Shown piece after piece: positions 62,410-64,000 of a stretch of 64,000 nucleotides of DNA. The notes under the pieces were generated by a model. That model was given only the letters and a program-made list of their open reading frames with translations, ran no database searches and was not told the DNA's origin. Numbering within the stretch: the first letter of the stretch is position 1; each line of letters starts with the position of its first letter. Both the position numbers and the translations under genes were made by a program. Source of the stretch: Mobula birostris (Eukaryota). Where the stretch lies: positions 19,879,309 through 19,943,308 of the forward strand of contig NC_092379.1 in assembly GCF_030028105.1 (NCBI RefSeq), in the 5' to 3' direction.

Positions 62410-62925
62410 GAAGCCTATCACGACAGGGTATTCAGAATGGGCTTCTAACAGAAGTGGTGGTTTGGCGTAATCTGAACTGTGACTGGTTTGAGTTGGCAGG
62501 TTGTCATGGTGGAATGGAAGGGGAGGGTGTAAGAGACTACAAGGAATGGAAGAAAGTGCAGACAAGTAGTAAAAGTGGAAATAAATGAGAAAATGATCAT
62601 GATGATAGAGAACAATGATCGACTTGAAGGAAGATGATAGACTGGGAGATGAAAGTACGGTTTAAGTTTAAACCATGGAGTTTAGTAAATGCATTGTGTC
62701 CAATAGCACTGACAAGCAATCTAAACAACGTCATAGGAGACACAAGTATGACAAAGATTCTCTGTGATGGAGCACTGTTGGTGGTTTGTCTAAAAAATTG
62801 GAGCAAAGGGACAAAGCAATGAATGTACCAAATATTGGCAAACGAGGTAAAAATGGTGTTGAGGTGATAACGGGAATATCGTTTGGAGAGAACTTGGAGG
62901 AACTAAAGAAAAATATTAAAGGAGG
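62410..62925 (+). mobile_element. LINE ORF1 fragment (I/Nimb-like, tentative)
   Basis: LCPIALTSNLNNVIG..MTKILCDGALLVVC resembles ORF1 N-termini of I-group LINEs. Confidence 0.4.
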
Positions 62926-64000
62926 ATTGAATTGACTTTATTACTTATATGCTACATATACTCGAGGAGTAAAAATCTTTACATTACGTCTCTTTATAAG
63001 TGTGCAATGTGCAATTTATAATAAATAGTGTGGACAACAATATAATATAGAAATACAGTTGTGTCAGCCTGAATTATTCAGTCTGATGGTCTGGTGCAAG
63101 AAACCGTCCCGGATCCTGTTGGTCCTGGCCTTTATGCTGCAGTACTGCTTCCTGGATGGTAGTAGCTGGAACAGTTTGTGGTTGGGGTGGCTTGGGCCCC
63201 CAATGATGCTTCGGGCCCTTTCACACACCCGTCTTTGTAAATGTCCTGAATAGTGGGAAGTTCAAATCTACAGATGCGCTGGGCTGTCCACACCATTCTC
63301 TGCAAAGTCCTACAATTAAGGGAAGTACAGTTCCCACAACAGGCAGTGACGCAGCCAGTCAGGATGCTCTCATTTGCTCCCCTGTGGAAAGTTTTTAGGA
63401 TTTGGGGCCCATACCAAACTAATTCAACTGTCTGAGGTAAAGAGGCACAGTTGTATCTTTTTCACCGCACAGTTGTTATGTACTGACCATGTGGGATCCT
63501 TGCTGATGTTTATGTCGAGGAGCTTAAAGCTGTGCACCCTCTTAACCCCAGATTCATTGATTTCAATAGGGGTTAGCCTGTCTCCATTGCTCCTGTAGTC
63601 CACAACTAGCTCCTTTGTTTTGCGACATTGAGGGAGAGGTTGTTTTCTGGACACCACTGTGTCAGGGTGATGACTTCTTCTGTGTAGGCTGCCTCATTAT
63701 TATTTGAGATTGGGCCAATCGATGTAGTGTCATCAGCAAATTTAATTAGCATATTGGAGCTGTAAGTGACGACACAGTCATGGGTATACAGAGAGTAAAG
63801 GAGGGGGCTTAGAACACAGCCCTGAGGGGCACCTCTGTTGAGGGACAGAGGGGTAGAGTTGAGAGAGCCCACTCTTACAACTATCAGCGATCTGACAGGA
63901 AGTCCAGGATCTAGCTACACAAGGCAGGGTGAAGGCTGAGGTCTCTGAGCTTGTTGTCAAGCCTGGAGGGAGCTATGGTGTTGAATGGTGAATGGTAGTC
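62925..64000 (-). mobile_element. Rex1/Babar-type LINE (runs off window end)
   Basis: GAPQGCVLSPLLYSLYTHDCV...IKFADDT; KTKELVVDYR. Confidence 0.85.

Noticed and set aside
1-64000. CRISPR arrays, tRNA/rRNA genes, prokaryotic operons or an intact host gene
   Set aside because: None seen. All long ORFs are retroelement-derived, and most short ORFs in the track are antisense or off-frame readings of repeats.

Overview
Eukaryotic, repeat-saturated DNA, most consistent with a cartilaginous fish (probably a ray). That is inferred from the IgW/IgNAR-type constant exon, the CR1 and Rex1 LINE families and the Penelope-derived repeats. No intact host protein-coding gene, RNA gene or CRISPR array is supported. 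The window is a nested graveyard of CR1, Rex1/Babar, RTE, L1/Tx1 and Penelope retroelements, two class I-like endogenous retroviruses, a chromodomain Gypsy element, solo LTRs and Tigger and hAT DNA transposons. These sit on top of old direct and inverted segmental duplications. The non-TE signals are: (i) a pseudogenised immunoglobulin heavy-chain constant region on the minus strand (clear C1-set exon at 38966-39272, fainter neighbours); (ii) a ~250-bp unit in six copies that may be a decayed Ig CH exon; (iii) a CpG-island-like promoter at ~42.8-43.4 kb with a CpG-decayed paralogue. Several Penelope termini carry minimal hammerhead ribozyme cores. Boundaries of old elements were read by eye and are approximate unless a TSD or splice site is quoted.
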